Source of the DNA: Candidatus Latescibacterota bacterium
GTDB taxonomy: Bacteria > Latescibacterota > UBA2968 > GCA-2709665
Direction of reading: 5' to 3'
Length of the DNA: 64,000 nt
Assembly: GCA_965226795.1 (NCBI GenBank)
Contig: CBDDDZ010000005.1
Coordinates: 1,408,001-1,472,000 of the forward strand
Below are positions 40,337 through 50,699 of the stretch, piece by piece. The notes beneath the pieces are model-generated. The model saw only the letters and a list, made by a program, of their open reading frames with translations. It searched no databases and was not told the DNA's origin. A program made the translations under genes and the position numbers. Each line of letters starts with the position of its first letter. The stretch's first letter is position 1.

Positions 40337-40574
40337 CCAGGAGGAACGCGGAAAAAAACGCGATAACGCTTGCCCGGGTCTTCAAAAGGCCCTATTTTAC
40401 TCATTCTTGATCAAAATCGAACTCACAGATCGGGACGCGTTCGCCACGGAACACGACCTGACAGGCCGTCTCTCCGGGGACGGCCCGTACAGTCCCGAGG
40501 ACGAGACTGATGCGCGCCCGAGTTCGTTTTTACCGCGCCGTCCAAAGGCGGAACTTCAATAGGAGAGTCAGGTA

Positions 40575-40964
40575 ATGTTGTACTTTGAGCATACCGCATT
40601 TCTCGTTGACAATGCGAAGGCCGTAGCGGATTGGTGGTGCGAAAATCTTGGTATGGAAATGGTTCGGTACGGCGGGCCACCTTCGCACATGACCTTTCTG
40701 AGGGACGCCTCGGGAAAAACCATGTTTGAGATTTATGAAAATGATACGCTGAATACACCTGAATATGTATCGATGCATGTCTCGATTCTCCACTTCGCAT
40801 TCTACACCGACGACATCGAAGGGGAACGGGATCGGCTGCTTGCCTCGGGCGCCACGCTCGTGGACGACGTGTATGTAACCGACGCGGGGGACCAGCTGGC
40901 CATGCTGCGGGACCCATGGGGGGTGGCTATTCAGGTCCTTAAGCGTAAGGATCCGATGGTCTGA
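40575..40964 (+). CDS. VOC/glyoxalase family protein
   Basis: FEHTAF, LHFAF, LRDPWG; AGGAG RBS. Confidence 0.85.
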   Translation: MLYFEHTAFLVDNAKAVADWWCENLGMEMVRYGGPPSHMTFLRDASGKTMFEIYENDTLNTPEYVSMHVSILHFAFYTDDIEGERDRLLASGATLVDDVYVTDAGDQLAMLRDPWGVAIQVLKRKDPMV

Positions 40965-41021
40965 AGTTCAACCGGTTGTGAGTGATGGGTGTCGTCGCGC
41001 TCGCAATGGTCCGGAGGGATG

Positions 41022-42065
41022 ATGCCAGTCATCGAGGTTGGAAGGTTGGAGCAGGTTTGTGCGCGGGTAATGCAAGGGGCTGGGTTGTCCGAAACGGAGG
41101 CCCGGAGAATCGCCCATTCGCTTGTGCTTGCTAATTTGATGGGCCACGATTCACACGGTGTGATCAGGCTTCCGCAGTACGTGCAGGCCCTGGAGGACGG
41201 TATTGTAAAGGCCGGGCGGGTCATTCGCGTCACTCGCGAGGCGGATGCATCGGCGGTGGTCGACGGGCAGTGGGGCTTCGGGCAGACGGTTTGCGCGCAA
41301 GCCATGGAACTGGCGATGCGAAAGGCGCGCGAGACATCCGTCGCGGCAGTGGAGTTGTTCAATAGCAGCCATATCGGACGCCTCGGAGAATATGTGGAGC
41401 AGGCCGCCGTGAGCGGCATGATCGGCGTCGTCATGTGCAACAACCACGGTGGCGGCCGGCTGCTTTCCCCGTTCGGCGGGATCGACGCCCGGATGTCTCC
41501 CAATCCTTTAGCCATTGGCGTGCCAACGGGCGGCGCGTTTCCGATTGTTGTGGATATGACAACCAGCGTGGTTGCGGAAGGCAAGATTCGCGTGAAGCGC
41601 AACCGCGGCGAACCCCTGCCGGCAGGGTGGGCGATCGACGCGGAAGGCAGGCCCGTGGAACACCCCGACGACTTCTACGGTCCGCCGCGAGGGGCGATTC
41701 TGCCATTCGGGGGGAATGCGGCGCATAAGGGTTACGCGCTGGCGGTTGTCATCGACATTCTCTCCGGCGCTCTGGGGGGCGGCGGATGCAGCCGCGAGGG
41801 GGCCCCATCCGGCGGAAACGGTGTTTTTCTGATGGCGATCGACATTCAAGCGTTTACGCCCCCGGAGCGGTTCCGCGACGAAGTGGATGGCTTCGTCGAT
41901 TATTTGAAGAGTTCACGGCTGATGCCCGGGTCTGACGGGATCCACCTGCCCGGTGAAATCGAGTACCGCCTGCGCCGAAAGGGCGAAACCGAGGGTGTGT
42001 TTGTGGACGACGAAACCTGGCGCCAGATCGGCGAGACGGGTGACAGGGTTGGCGCGGCCGTTTAA
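41022..42065 (+). CDS. Ldh_2 family oxidoreductase (malate/L-lactate/ureidoglycolate dehydrogenase-like)
   Basis: GHDSHG, SHIGRLG, NPLAIG, DMTTS, HKGYAL, LPGE. Confidence 0.9.
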   Translation: MPVIEVGRLEQVCARVMQGAGLSETEARRIAHSLVLANLMGHDSHGVIRLPQYVQALEDGIVKAGRVIRVTREADASAVVDGQWGFGQTVCAQAMELAMRKARETSVAAVELFNSSHIGRLGEYVEQAAVSGMIGVVMCNNHGGGRLLSPFGGIDARMSPNPLAIGVPTGGAFPIVVDMTTSVVAEGKIRVKRNRGEPLPAGWAIDAEGRPVEHPDDFYGPPRGAILPFGGNAAHKGYALAVVIDILSGALGGGGCSREGAPSGGNGVFLMAIDIQAFTPPERFRDEVDGFVDYLKSSRLMPGSDGIHLPGEIEYRLRRKGETEGVFVDDETWRQIGETGDRVGAAV

Positions 42066-42285
42066 TTGCGCTTGTGAGTCAAGGTTGGAGCCAGTGAGCC
42101 CGCACGACTCGATTTTGCGACCCATCGCCTCGATGATCGGGCAATAACGCCACCTGTACGATGAACGAGCGCCTGCCGGATGGTAGAAGACGCGACGATA
42201 TCGACGAATGTCCGCGGCGCAATGGAAGCGTACGCCGGAAAACGATAATCCTTAATGATTGGAAACTGCAAACGGGAGATCACCG

Positions 42286-43056
42286 ATGGCGTCCATTGAG
42301 ATCACGCTGCTGGGACACGCATCTTTCCGACTGGAGCCCAATACGGGTGAGGTGGTTTATTTTGACCCGTGGTTGAACAACAATCCCGCCACCCAATTAC
42401 GTGTGACAGACGTAGAGCGCGCCGATGTGGTGATTGCGACGCATGGGCACGATGATCATATCGGTGATTCGTTTGCGATCTGCAAACGGACGGGAGCCAC
42501 GTTTGCGGGCAACTACGAACTCTGCCTGACCGCCCGGAAGAACGGGCTTGCTCTGGGCGAACAGGCACGGCCTATGAATCCGGGCGGCACCATCGAGGTG
42601 AATGGCGTGCGCGTCACTGCGACCCAGGCTTTCCATTCGCTGTCCATGTCGCCGAACCAGGCGCTGGGCGAGGCGCCGGATGACGAGTACTTCCGGCCTG
42701 ACGGCGGCGTGTGCGGGATCGTGATGCAGTTTTCGAACGGGATTTCTGTTTACGATACGGCGGATACGGCGCTATTCAGCGACATGCAACTGATCAGCCA
42801 GATGTACGGCCCGCAGGTGGCCATTCTTCCGGTAGGAGGCCTGTTCACCATGGGTATCCGGGAGGCCGCCCGGGCTGCGAGTCTTATTCGTCCGGACATC
42901 GTCATTCCGTGTCACTACGGTGAGGCGGTGGGTCAGCCTGCCGATATCGATGCCTTCTCGGAAATGGTCGGTTTTTTGTCGCCCAATACGAATGTAGTGG
43001 AACTCGAACCCGGGCAGGCCGTGACCTATTCGTCCGCCAGTTATCGGGTGACTTAG
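42286..43056 (+). CDS. Metallo-beta-lactamase fold hydrolase (UPF0173-like)
   Basis: LGHASF, DPW, THGHDDHIGD, LPVGG, IPCHY. Confidence 0.88.
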   Translation: MASIEITLLGHASFRLEPNTGEVVYFDPWLNNNPATQLRVTDVERADVVIATHGHDDHIGDSFAICKRTGATFAGNYELCLTARKNGLALGEQARPMNPGGTIEVNGVRVTATQAFHSLSMSPNQALGEAPDDEYFRPDGGVCGIVMQFSNGISVYDTADTALFSDMQLISQMYGPQVAILPVGGLFTMGIREAARAASLIRPDIVIPCHYGEAVGQPADIDAFSEMVGFLSPNTNVVELEPGQAVTYSSASYRVT

Positions 43057-43227
43057 ATTTCCGGTATGTCAGCCGCAAAATCGTGGAGCGACTCCCGAAG
43101 ATTCAGAACGACACCGGGCTTGAATACATGTGTTCGGCCTTTAAGGGGACGGCTTCCGGAAGTCCGGCTGCCGCAGATATGACATAATCGGAGGCAGCGT
43201 TAAGGCAAGAGTTAAAGGGGGGTTCGT

Positions 43228-44043
43228 GTGGCGCAGGATCTGACCAACGCGATTGTGTCTCAGAAAATTGAACTTGCACCTGAGTTGATTATCTTGCAGG
43301 TGAAGCCGGACGGCTGGGATGTTCCGGTGTTCGAACCGGGGCAATTTGCCGTTCTGGGACTTCCCGGCATGGCCCCCCGCAGCGATTGGTCCGAACCTGA
43401 AGAAGACACGCCGGATCCGAAGCGGCTGATTCGTCGTGCGTATTCGATTGCGTCATCATCCAGGGCGCGGGAACATATGGAATTCTACATTAATGTCGTT
43501 CGATCGGGCGCGCTGACGCCCCGGTTGTTCGCTCTGGAACGGGGGGACCGTGTCTGGCTGGGGCCCAAGGTGTCCGGCGCGTTTACGCTGGAACAGGCGC
43601 CCCGGACCGCGGATGTTGTGCTCGTGGCTACGGGAACGGGACTCGCGCCTTATATCAGCGTGTTGCGCACTCACTTGCCGCACGACAACGGACGGCGCTT
43701 TGCAATTTTACACGGTGTCCGGCATTCCTGGGATCTGGGTTACCGGTCGGAATTGTCCATGATGCAGCAACTCTGCAGCAATCTGACCTATTTGTCGTTG
43801 ATCAGCCGCCCCGCCAACGAGCCCATGCCCTGGAGCGGCCTGACCGGATATGTTCAGGATCTCTGGGCAGGCGGTTATCTGGTCAGAGCATGGGGTAAAC
43901 ACCCGAAACCGGAAGATACACAGGTTTTCCTGTGTGGAAACCCGCAAATGTGCGAGGATATGCTGGCCCTTCTCGAAGCCGAAGGATTCAGGGAACATAG
44001 CCGAAAAACAAAAGGTCAGGTGCATATCGAGCGGTACTGGTAA
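43228..44043 (+). CDS. fpr: Ferredoxin/flavodoxin--NADP+ reductase
   Basis: RRAYSIAS, GALTPRL, ATGTGLAPY, LCGNPQM, C-terminal ERYW. Confidence 0.9.
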   Translation: MAQDLTNAIVSQKIELAPELIILQVKPDGWDVPVFEPGQFAVLGLPGMAPRSDWSEPEEDTPDPKRLIRRAYSIASSSRAREHMEFYINVVRSGALTPRLFALERGDRVWLGPKVSGAFTLEQAPRTADVVLVATGTGLAPYISVLRTHLPHDNGRRFAILHGVRHSWDLGYRSELSMMQQLCSNLTYLSLISRPANEPMPWSGLTGYVQDLWAGGYLVRAWGKHPKPEDTQVFLCGNPQMCEDMLALLEAEGFREHSRKTKGQVHIERYW

Positions 44044-44132
44044 AGAAAGGCTGGCCACAAACCAGGGGGTCGCCTGCATCACGGCTTCGGAGAGGAACGG
44101 CGATTCGCTCGGCGGTCCCCGTAGAGGGCGTG

Positions 44133-45752
44133 ATGGCGAGTGGGACTTCCCGGATTTATGATGGCATTATCGTCGGCGCCGGCCATAACAGCCTGGTTTT
44201 GCAGGCTTATCTCGGGCGGGCGGGACTTAAGGTGCTGTGCATCGAGCGGCGTAGCGTCGCGGGCGGTGCGCTGGCGACGATTGAAGACGCCGGGAATCCG
44301 GGTTTTCTGCACAATACGCATTCGTTTTACCATCGTGCGCTGAACATGATGCCCTGGTACCACGATCTGGGCCTCGAACGGCATGGCGCGGTATACGTCG
44401 AACCGGCATTGAACGTCGTCCTTTTGTCAGAGGCCGGCGAAGCGCTCGAGTGGTGGACGGACTTCGAGAAGACGGTCGACTCCTTTGCCCGTTTCAGCAA
44501 CACCGATGCGACAACATTGAGGAGGTGGCGAGACGCGTTCCTGCCCATCGTTGAACGGATTCTTATTCCGGAAGCGCAGGCGCCGCCGCTGGAGCCAACC
44601 CGGCGGCGCGCCTTGCTTGAAAGAAGCGCGGAGGGGCGATTGCTGCTGGAAGTCAGCCGACTGTCGCCCCTCGAATTTGTCCGCAGGGAATTCAGACATC
44701 CGGTGATACAGGCCGGATTGCTTTTTTTTAACGGGTTGCGGGAGGTCGATCTCCGTTGCCCCGGGTTCGGGCACCATATTGCGGCCCTCCTTGCCAGTTC
44801 TGGCAAGGCGCAGATGTGCCGGGGAGGGTCGGCCGCTCTTGCAGGGGCGCTCGTGGCCGCGGTAGAGGAGTGCGGTGGTGAGCTGCGCCTGCAGATGGAA
44901 CCCAAACGCTTCATTCTGGAAGGAGGCCGCGTTATCGGGGTGGAGGCGGCATCGGGTGAGCGTATCATATCCCGGCATTTTGTCGTATCGGGATTGAACC
45001 CGCACCAGACGTTTCTGGATCTGCTGGATAAGGATGCGCTTCCACGGAATTGGCGAGACCGTGCGAGTGCCTTCCGGTACAATCTGGTCGCCCCGCTTTT
45101 TGCGTTAAATCTGAATTTGAAAGAGCCGCCGCGTTACACGGCCGCCGCAACACGACCGAGTCTGGAAAAGGCGTTTATGGTAATTCTGGGATTGGATCAT
45201 GTGGATCGGTATCTCGAGATGGTGACATGCCATCAGGAGGGACGAAAACCGCCGAACATTATGTGGGGCAGTTGCCCCACCCTGTTCGATCCTTCGCAGG
45301 CACCGGAGGGGAAGCATACCGCGTTTATGTGGGAGAAGACGCCGTACCGGCTGAATGGAGATCCGACGCTTTGGGATTCGGAACGGGACCGTTTGGGAAA
45401 GGAGATGCTGGAGGTGTGGTGCCGGTATGCGCCGAACCTGAAAGAGAACCTGATTTCACGGTTCACGCGAAGCCCGCTGGACGTGGAGCGTACGTTTCCG
45501 AATATGCGGGAGGGGGACCTTCTCGTCGGCGCGTTCACGAAAGGTCAGATCGGCTACAACCGTCCGTTTCCCGGAGCCGGACATTACAGGACACACCTGA
45601 AGGGACTGTATCTGTGTGGCTCCTGTTGCCACCCCGGCGGCAACATTACGGGATTACCGGGCTACAACTGCGCGCAGGTCATTCTGCGTGACCTCGGTAT
45701 CGATGCACACTGGGCGCCTGAGCCGATTGAACGGCAATTGGAACGGCTATGA
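44133..45752 (+). CDS. Phytoene desaturase-family FAD-dependent oxidoreductase
   Basis: VGAGHNSL, ERR...GG, YRTHLKGLYLCGSCCHPGG. Confidence 0.85.
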   Translation: MASGTSRIYDGIIVGAGHNSLVLQAYLGRAGLKVLCIERRSVAGGALATIEDAGNPGFLHNTHSFYHRALNMMPWYHDLGLERHGAVYVEPALNVVLLSEAGEALEWWTDFEKTVDSFARFSNTDATTLRRWRDAFLPIVERILIPEAQAPPLEPTRRRALLERSAEGRLLLEVSRLSPLEFVRREFRHPVIQAGLLFFNGLREVDLRCPGFGHHIAALLASSGKAQMCRGGSAALAGALVAAVEECGGELRLQMEPKRFILEGGRVIGVEAASGERIISRHFVVSGLNPHQTFLDLLDKDALPRNWRDRASAFRYNLVAPLFALNLNLKEPPRYTAAATRPSLEKAFMVILGLDHVDRYLEMVTCHQEGRKPPNIMWGSCPTLFDPSQAPEGKHTAFMWEKTPYRLNGDPTLWDSERDRLGKEMLEVWCRYAPNLKENLISRFTRSPLDVERTFPNMREGDLLVGAFTKGQIGYNRPFPGAGHYRTHLKGLYLCGSCCHPGGNITGLPGYNCAQVILRDLGIDAHWAPEPIERQLERL

Positions 45753-46867
45753 TTCAGCCGACGATTTCGTATCTAACGGATATATATTTCGGATTCGGCG
45801 TCTCAGACATCGTGGCCGACCTGCTATCCGACCTTGGAATACGCCGGCCACTTCTGGTGACGGACCAGGGCCTGTCTGATCTGGGCATTGCGCATCGCGT
45901 CGGCCTCGGCGACGCGCCCATGTACTGCGGCGTCAGGACCAATCCTTCGGAACATCAGGTCATGGAAGCGCTGGGCCTCTACCGGTCAGAAAAGTGCGAC
46001 GGAATGATCGCGGTGGGAGGCGGTTCGTCCATAGACCTCGCGAAATGCGCTGGTATTCTGGTTCGGCACGGCGGATCGCTCGAGTCGTATGCGATGCGTC
46101 GCGGCGGCACGGCGCGGATCACGCACCCGATCCCTCCCGTTGTGGCCGTGCCAACCACGGCTGGCAGCGGAAGCGAGGTGGGGAGAGCCGCACTGGTGAC
46201 GTTGTGTACCGGCGACAAGGTGGGTTTCTTAAGCCCCTTTTTGACGCCCGCGGCCGCGGTTTGCGACCCGGAGTTGACGCTGACGATGCCGCCTTCTCTG
46301 AGTGCCGGCACGGGGATGGATGCTATTTCACACTGCGTGGAGACCTTCTGCAGCACGCGCTTTAACCCGGTCGCGGATGCGATTGCGCTCGATGGACTGG
46401 AACGCGGCTGTCATCACATTTCCACCGTATTTCGGGACGGAACAGACAGGGAAGCCAGGAAGGGGATGATGATGTGCGCGCTACAGGGCGGCCTGGCGTT
46501 TCAGAAAAGCCTGGGCGCCGTGCACAGTTTGAGCCATCCATTGGGGTCATCGGACAGATTGTTGCATCATGGCACTCTGAACGCCCTGTTTCTTCCTGCC
46601 GTGTTGAGGTTCAACGCCGATTACTGTACGGATAAGTTCGACGTTATGGCGCTGCGGATGGGCCTGGAGAAGGGATCCGATGTGCCGGACTACTTTCAAG
46701 CACTGAACATGGAATTGCGGTTACCGTCGTCTTTATCGAAATTGGGTGTGACTCAGGAAGAACTGGAACCGCTCGCGCGGCTGGCGGCGGCGGACCATTG
46801 CAGCCCCACAAACCCGAGGCCGTTGGATGAAGCCGCATGTCGGAATCTGTACCTGTCTGTCCTATAA
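45749..46867 (+). CDS. Iron-containing alcohol dehydrogenase
   Basis: GGGSSID, PTTAGSGSE, GMDAISHCVE, HSLSH, HHG. Confidence 0.92.
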   Translation: MIQPTISYLTDIYFGFGVSDIVADLLSDLGIRRPLLVTDQGLSDLGIAHRVGLGDAPMYCGVRTNPSEHQVMEALGLYRSEKCDGMIAVGGGSSIDLAKCAGILVRHGGSLESYAMRRGGTARITHPIPPVVAVPTTAGSGSEVGRAALVTLCTGDKVGFLSPFLTPAAAVCDPELTLTMPPSLSAGTGMDAISHCVETFCSTRFNPVADAIALDGLERGCHHISTVFRDGTDREARKGMMMCALQGGLAFQKSLGAVHSLSHPLGSSDRLLHHGTLNALFLPAVLRFNADYCTDKFDVMALRMGLEKGSDVPDYFQALNMELRLPSSLSKLGVTQEELEPLARLAAADHCSPTNPRPLDEAACRNLYLSVL

Positions 46868-46877
46868 GGGGGTTTTA

Positions 46878-47729
46878 ATGGCAAACTTCACGCACTTGGA
46901 CGAAATCGGTTTGAAGGAGGCGTTCAATCGTGACGGCTATCTGATAATGAAAGCGTATCTGGCGCCCGCCGTAATCGAAGGGGTTCGAGAGGAACTGAAT
47001 GTGCTGGTTGACCGGCATGCGGAGCGGTTGATGGCCGCGGGCCGAATAACGGAAGATTTCAAAGACGCGCCGTTCGAAAGGCGCATCGCTCAGATGTTCG
47101 AACACTGCATGGACGTGGCGCCGACGTCATTTCGGCCCGAATTGCACGGACCCAGGCTATTCGATCTGTTCTTTCATTCGCGCCTGCTGGATGTTGTACA
47201 ATTGCTTCTTGGCCCCGAGATCAGGTTGTATCCGAATTACACGGCGCGTCCGAAGTTCCCGGAGTGGAAGGGAACGCTGGTTCTGTGGCATCAGGACGGG
47301 GGATATACGGCACAGGCCGCCGAAGGCGTGGAGGAACTCAAGATGGTAAACGTATGGGCGCCCCTCGTGCCTGCCCGGGAGGAGAACGGCTGTATGCAGT
47401 TTGTGCCCGGTACGCACAAACTGGGTATCGTGCCGCACGAAAAACGCGAGTATTACCTGGAGATAGCAAAAGAGGAGTTGGATTTTCGCCTGGGACAAGC
47501 GGTGTCTATCGAAGTGGATCCTGGCGATGTGGTCCTGTTCCACAACCTGATGTTTCACTGCGGACTGCCCAACAGGACCCGCACGGTGCGCTGGAGCATG
47601 GACTGGCGGTACCAGGACGCGACTCAACCCACGATGCGGCCGCACAAGGGGCATCTGGCCAGGAGCAGAACGGGGCCGGAGAACGTCGTCAGAAATCGGA
47701 AGGACTGGGCAAGCCGGGAATTCCAATAG
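46878..47729 (+). CDS. Phytanoyl-CoA dioxygenase (PhyH) family Fe/2OG enzyme
   Basis: WHQD, NVW, ENGC..FVPGTH, GDVVLFH...H...N...R. Confidence 0.9.
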   Translation: MANFTHLDEIGLKEAFNRDGYLIMKAYLAPAVIEGVREELNVLVDRHAERLMAAGRITEDFKDAPFERRIAQMFEHCMDVAPTSFRPELHGPRLFDLFFHSRLLDVVQLLLGPEIRLYPNYTARPKFPEWKGTLVLWHQDGGYTAQAAEGVEELKMVNVWAPLVPAREENGCMQFVPGTHKLGIVPHEKREYYLEIAKEELDFRLGQAVSIEVDPGDVVLFHNLMFHCGLPNRTRTVRWSMDWRYQDATQPTMRPHKGHLARSRTGPENVVRNRKDWASREFQ

Positions 47730-47874
47730 GCCGTTCCGACGAGCCGGCAACAGTCCTTCACGGTCGTCGGATTGAAATGGGCATCGATGTGAAAACCCTA
47801 CGGTCGAAAAAAACCAGACAGACGGCACAGACCGGTAAGGTGTCAGCGTCGAGACATGCCCGGAATTATAGGCC

Positions 47875-48681
47875 CTATAGCGCGTGATAGAACGACAATG
47901 CGAAACCGGCCCCGGTGATCAGGAGAAGGAGCAGGGCGACCACGACAGTGAGGCGGCCCTCGCGCCAGCGCGCATTCGAGACGAGGAGCCGTGAGGCGAG
48001 CCATCCCCCTCCGAATCCGCCGAAATGAGCCCAGTTGTTGACGCCGGCTACGAGAAAGCCGAAAATGAAGAGCATGATGGCCCACTGCCATACCTGACGC
48101 GTCATCAGGGTGGCAAGGTTGGTCTTCTGGCTTCGACCGTAGACAATGAGGGCGGCCAGAAGTCCGAAAATCGAACCGGAAGCGCCTAGCGTCGGGTAGC
48201 CGGATACGGTATTGGAGAGGAGAAAACCAATTACACCGCCCGAGGTAAAGATGATGAAATATCGTGCGGGGCCGTAGAGATTGCCGACTTCAGGGCCCAG
48301 TTGCCGGATCCACAGCACATTGAAGAGTATATGGAACAACCCTCCGTGCAGGTATATGGCCGTAAACAGCGTCCACCACGGGGCGTTGTCGTATGTCATT
48401 CCAAGGGCGATCATTGGAAAACGACCGGGTGAGAGCATGTTGAAAAAGCCGCCCCTCAGTGTCAGAGCCGCATCCAGGTCCAGGAGTAGACTGAGCACAT
48501 AAAGGGCCACACACGCTGTTGGGATCAGTGTGAGAACGTCGATTTTCGATCCGAACAGCCGATTCAGCGCGGGGCCGAGTCCCCAGAGACCCGGGCGGTA
48601 CGCGCCACAGTATGGGCATTTTTTTTCTTTCGTGCTAATCAGGTTGCGGCAGTCCGGACAGACCATCGAGGCAGGAGGCAT
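47875..48681 (-). CDS. Rhomboid intramembrane protease with N-terminal zinc ribbon
   Basis: CPDC/CPYC, HGGLFHILFN, GASG, AHFGG. Confidence 0.9.
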   Translation of the reverse strand: MPPASMVCPDCRNLISTKEKKCPYCGAYRPGLWGLGPALNRLFGSKIDVLTLIPTACVALYVLSLLLDLDAALTLRGGFFNMLSPGRFPMIALGMTYDNAPWWTLFTAIYLHGGLFHILFNVLWIRQLGPEVGNLYGPARYFIIFTSGGVIGFLLSNTVSGYPTLGASGSIFGLLAALIVYGRSQKTNLATLMTRQVWQWAIMLFIFGFLVAGVNNWAHFGGFGGGWLASRLLVSNARWREGRLTVVVALLLLLITGAGFALSFYHAL

Positions 48682-48838
48682 AACGACCCTCGGCTCTTGT
48701 TGTCATCGATAGCTACACTATCGGCACGCGGCCTGAAGACAAATGAACCCTTCGCCGCGTTCGGGCGTTTCAAGCCGGTACCGCCCACATCGGCCTGCGG
48801 GCGAAGCGATTCCCGAAAAGATGCCAGGGCGCAGACGG

Positions 48839-50027
48839 TTACGATAAGGTTTCCACAGGCGGCGCACCGGATGGTCGGCGGTTGGCGGGACGTTTGTGCG
48901 CCCGATGTTCAAGAATTAGCGAGAGCCCCGCCAGAACCCGCTCCATATCTGATTCCGAGGTGGTTCCCATCGAAGCCATCCGGACGGCGGTATCCCGCAT
49001 GGGGCCGTAGCCCGGTGCGATCTGGACGTTCAGCAGGTTCTTCGCCGCATGGACAATTTCCGACGCCGGGACGGAATCGGGCATCAGGATGGTAGTGACC
49101 GTGGGGCTGTAGAATCCCGGCTGCGCGAGCAGATCCAGACCGTGCTTTTCTGCCCAATCCCGCTGCATTCGCGCGAGGTTTCGGTGGCGCTCGAAACGGG
49201 CTTCTCCTTCGTCCAGCATTTCCTCGAGGCGGGCGATCAGACATCGCAACATGAGGTCGGATACGGTCACAGGAGTTTGCGCGGCTGCGGCGCTGGAGCG
49301 CCATTCGATCAGGTCCAGTACGTATCCACGCCCCGTGACGCTTTTTGCGGCCTCGAATGCGCGATCCGAGACGATCATTACCGAGCCGATCGCCGGAATC
49401 GCGAAGTCCTTCTGGAGGCTCCAAAGATAATAGTCCGGACGCAAGGAGCCAATGTCAAGTTCTATCGCCCCGGCGATACTCACCCCGTCGATGGCGATCA
49501 ACGTTTCCGGCGCACGCCGGCGCGCATCCTCGCAAAGGACGTCGATAGGGAGGACAACTCCGGTAGCGGTTTCGTTGTGCGTAAGGAGCGCGATGTCGTA
49601 GCCTTTCTGCAATGCGCTCCGCCATGAAACGGGTTCGATGCCGTGTCCCCACGGCACTTTCATAACGTCGATCGAGCGGCCGAGCCGCATGAATACACCT
49701 GCCCAGCGAGCGGAAAAGGCGCCCATATCGAGACCCAGGGCTCGATAGCGGGATGGCGTGTTCACGGCGATCATTTCCCAATTGTAGCTGGCGCTGTGTC
49801 CAAATATAACCGGCGTGAATTCCTCGGAAATGTGGAATGCCTTGCGAAGGAGATCGACCGCTTGCACGTATACGGTTTTGAACTCGGTTGAACGGTGGGA
49901 GTAGGTCGCCCGGTAGGTCCTGAGCACTCGCTCGACCGCCGGCGTGAGCGCGTGTGGGCCTGGTGTCCAGCAGGGCGATGTCTGGCAGTCGAAGGTGTCT
50001 GAATTCCTCGTTTCGTTCAGAATTCAT
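48839..50027 (-). CDS. Class V PLP aminotransferase, apparent +1 frameshift at about 49967
   Basis: ALL / TPGP split by an extra G; THNETATG, IDGVS, SLQK. Confidence 0.82.
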
Positions 50028-50085
50028 GTGAGCGCCTCAGGAAGCCTATCCCACCGTTGTGAGATGGAGGACAACCAATAAGAGC

Positions 50086-50113
50086 GCCCGTTAAACAGGC
50101 AGGTTTAACGGGC
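50086..50113 (-). terminator. Hairpin downstream of tRNA-Gly
   Basis: GCCCGTTAAAC / GTTTAACGGGC perfect inverted repeat; weak U tract. Confidence 0.55.
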
Positions 50114-50129
50114 TTTCGTGTGAATTTAA

Positions 50130-50205
50130 TGGAGCGGGAAACGGGACTCGAACCCGCGACCCCAACCTTGGCAAGGTTGTGCTCTACCAGCTGAGCTATT
50201 CCCGC
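50130..50205 (-). tRNA. tRNA-Gly (GCC)
   Basis: GCGGGAATAGCTCAGCTGGTAGAGCACAACCTTGCCAAGGTTGGGGTCGCGGGTTCGAGTCCCGTTTCCCGCTCCA. Confidence 0.97.
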
Positions 50206-50699
50206 TCGCAATCGCCTGAATACCAGGTAAATTCGGAAACTAAGGAAATGGCCGCCGATTGTCAAGGCATAATGCGTACCCGGCAGACCGTTCAGGTTTG
50301 GCGATTCGCTTGCGATAATGTTCGCCAGCAAGAAGGACGTTGATGTTTGCCAGGGTGCCGGGCCCATTGTCATTTCCGGCTGACGAACCCGCGTTTGAGT
50401 TGACATTTAGGGTTCGGAGGCGCATATTTAGCATTTGTCCGCAGCGGGTTTTCATCCGTACCGTGCCTTCAGTGGGTCTCGATGTCCTGCCGGAATCAAA
50501 TAGCCGAAAGGGCAGCGCGGGCGACGCCAGAACCGCCCAGTGCTGAACCATCAGAGACCGGCTCAGGTTGTGGGAATATAAGAGCCGTGGGCAGGCAGGG
50601 ATCAGCCACAGGTGGCGTGATATTCACGCTATCGTGACGCCGACTCAAGGAATATCTGTAAGATGGATGCCGTTTGGTGCCCAAATGGAGCGAAGCGGG

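Noticed and set aside
40432..40520. Resemblance to a fluoride riboswitch (GTTCGCC...CTGATG) or a hammerhead core
   Set aside because: The pairing GGCGATGG segment and the CUGAUGA/GAAA core are absent; retained only as an unclassified structure.
50206..50699. About 500-bp gap between tRNA-Gly and hydantoinase A
   Set aside because: Contains plausible divergent TTGACA promoters but no convincing ORF or structure.
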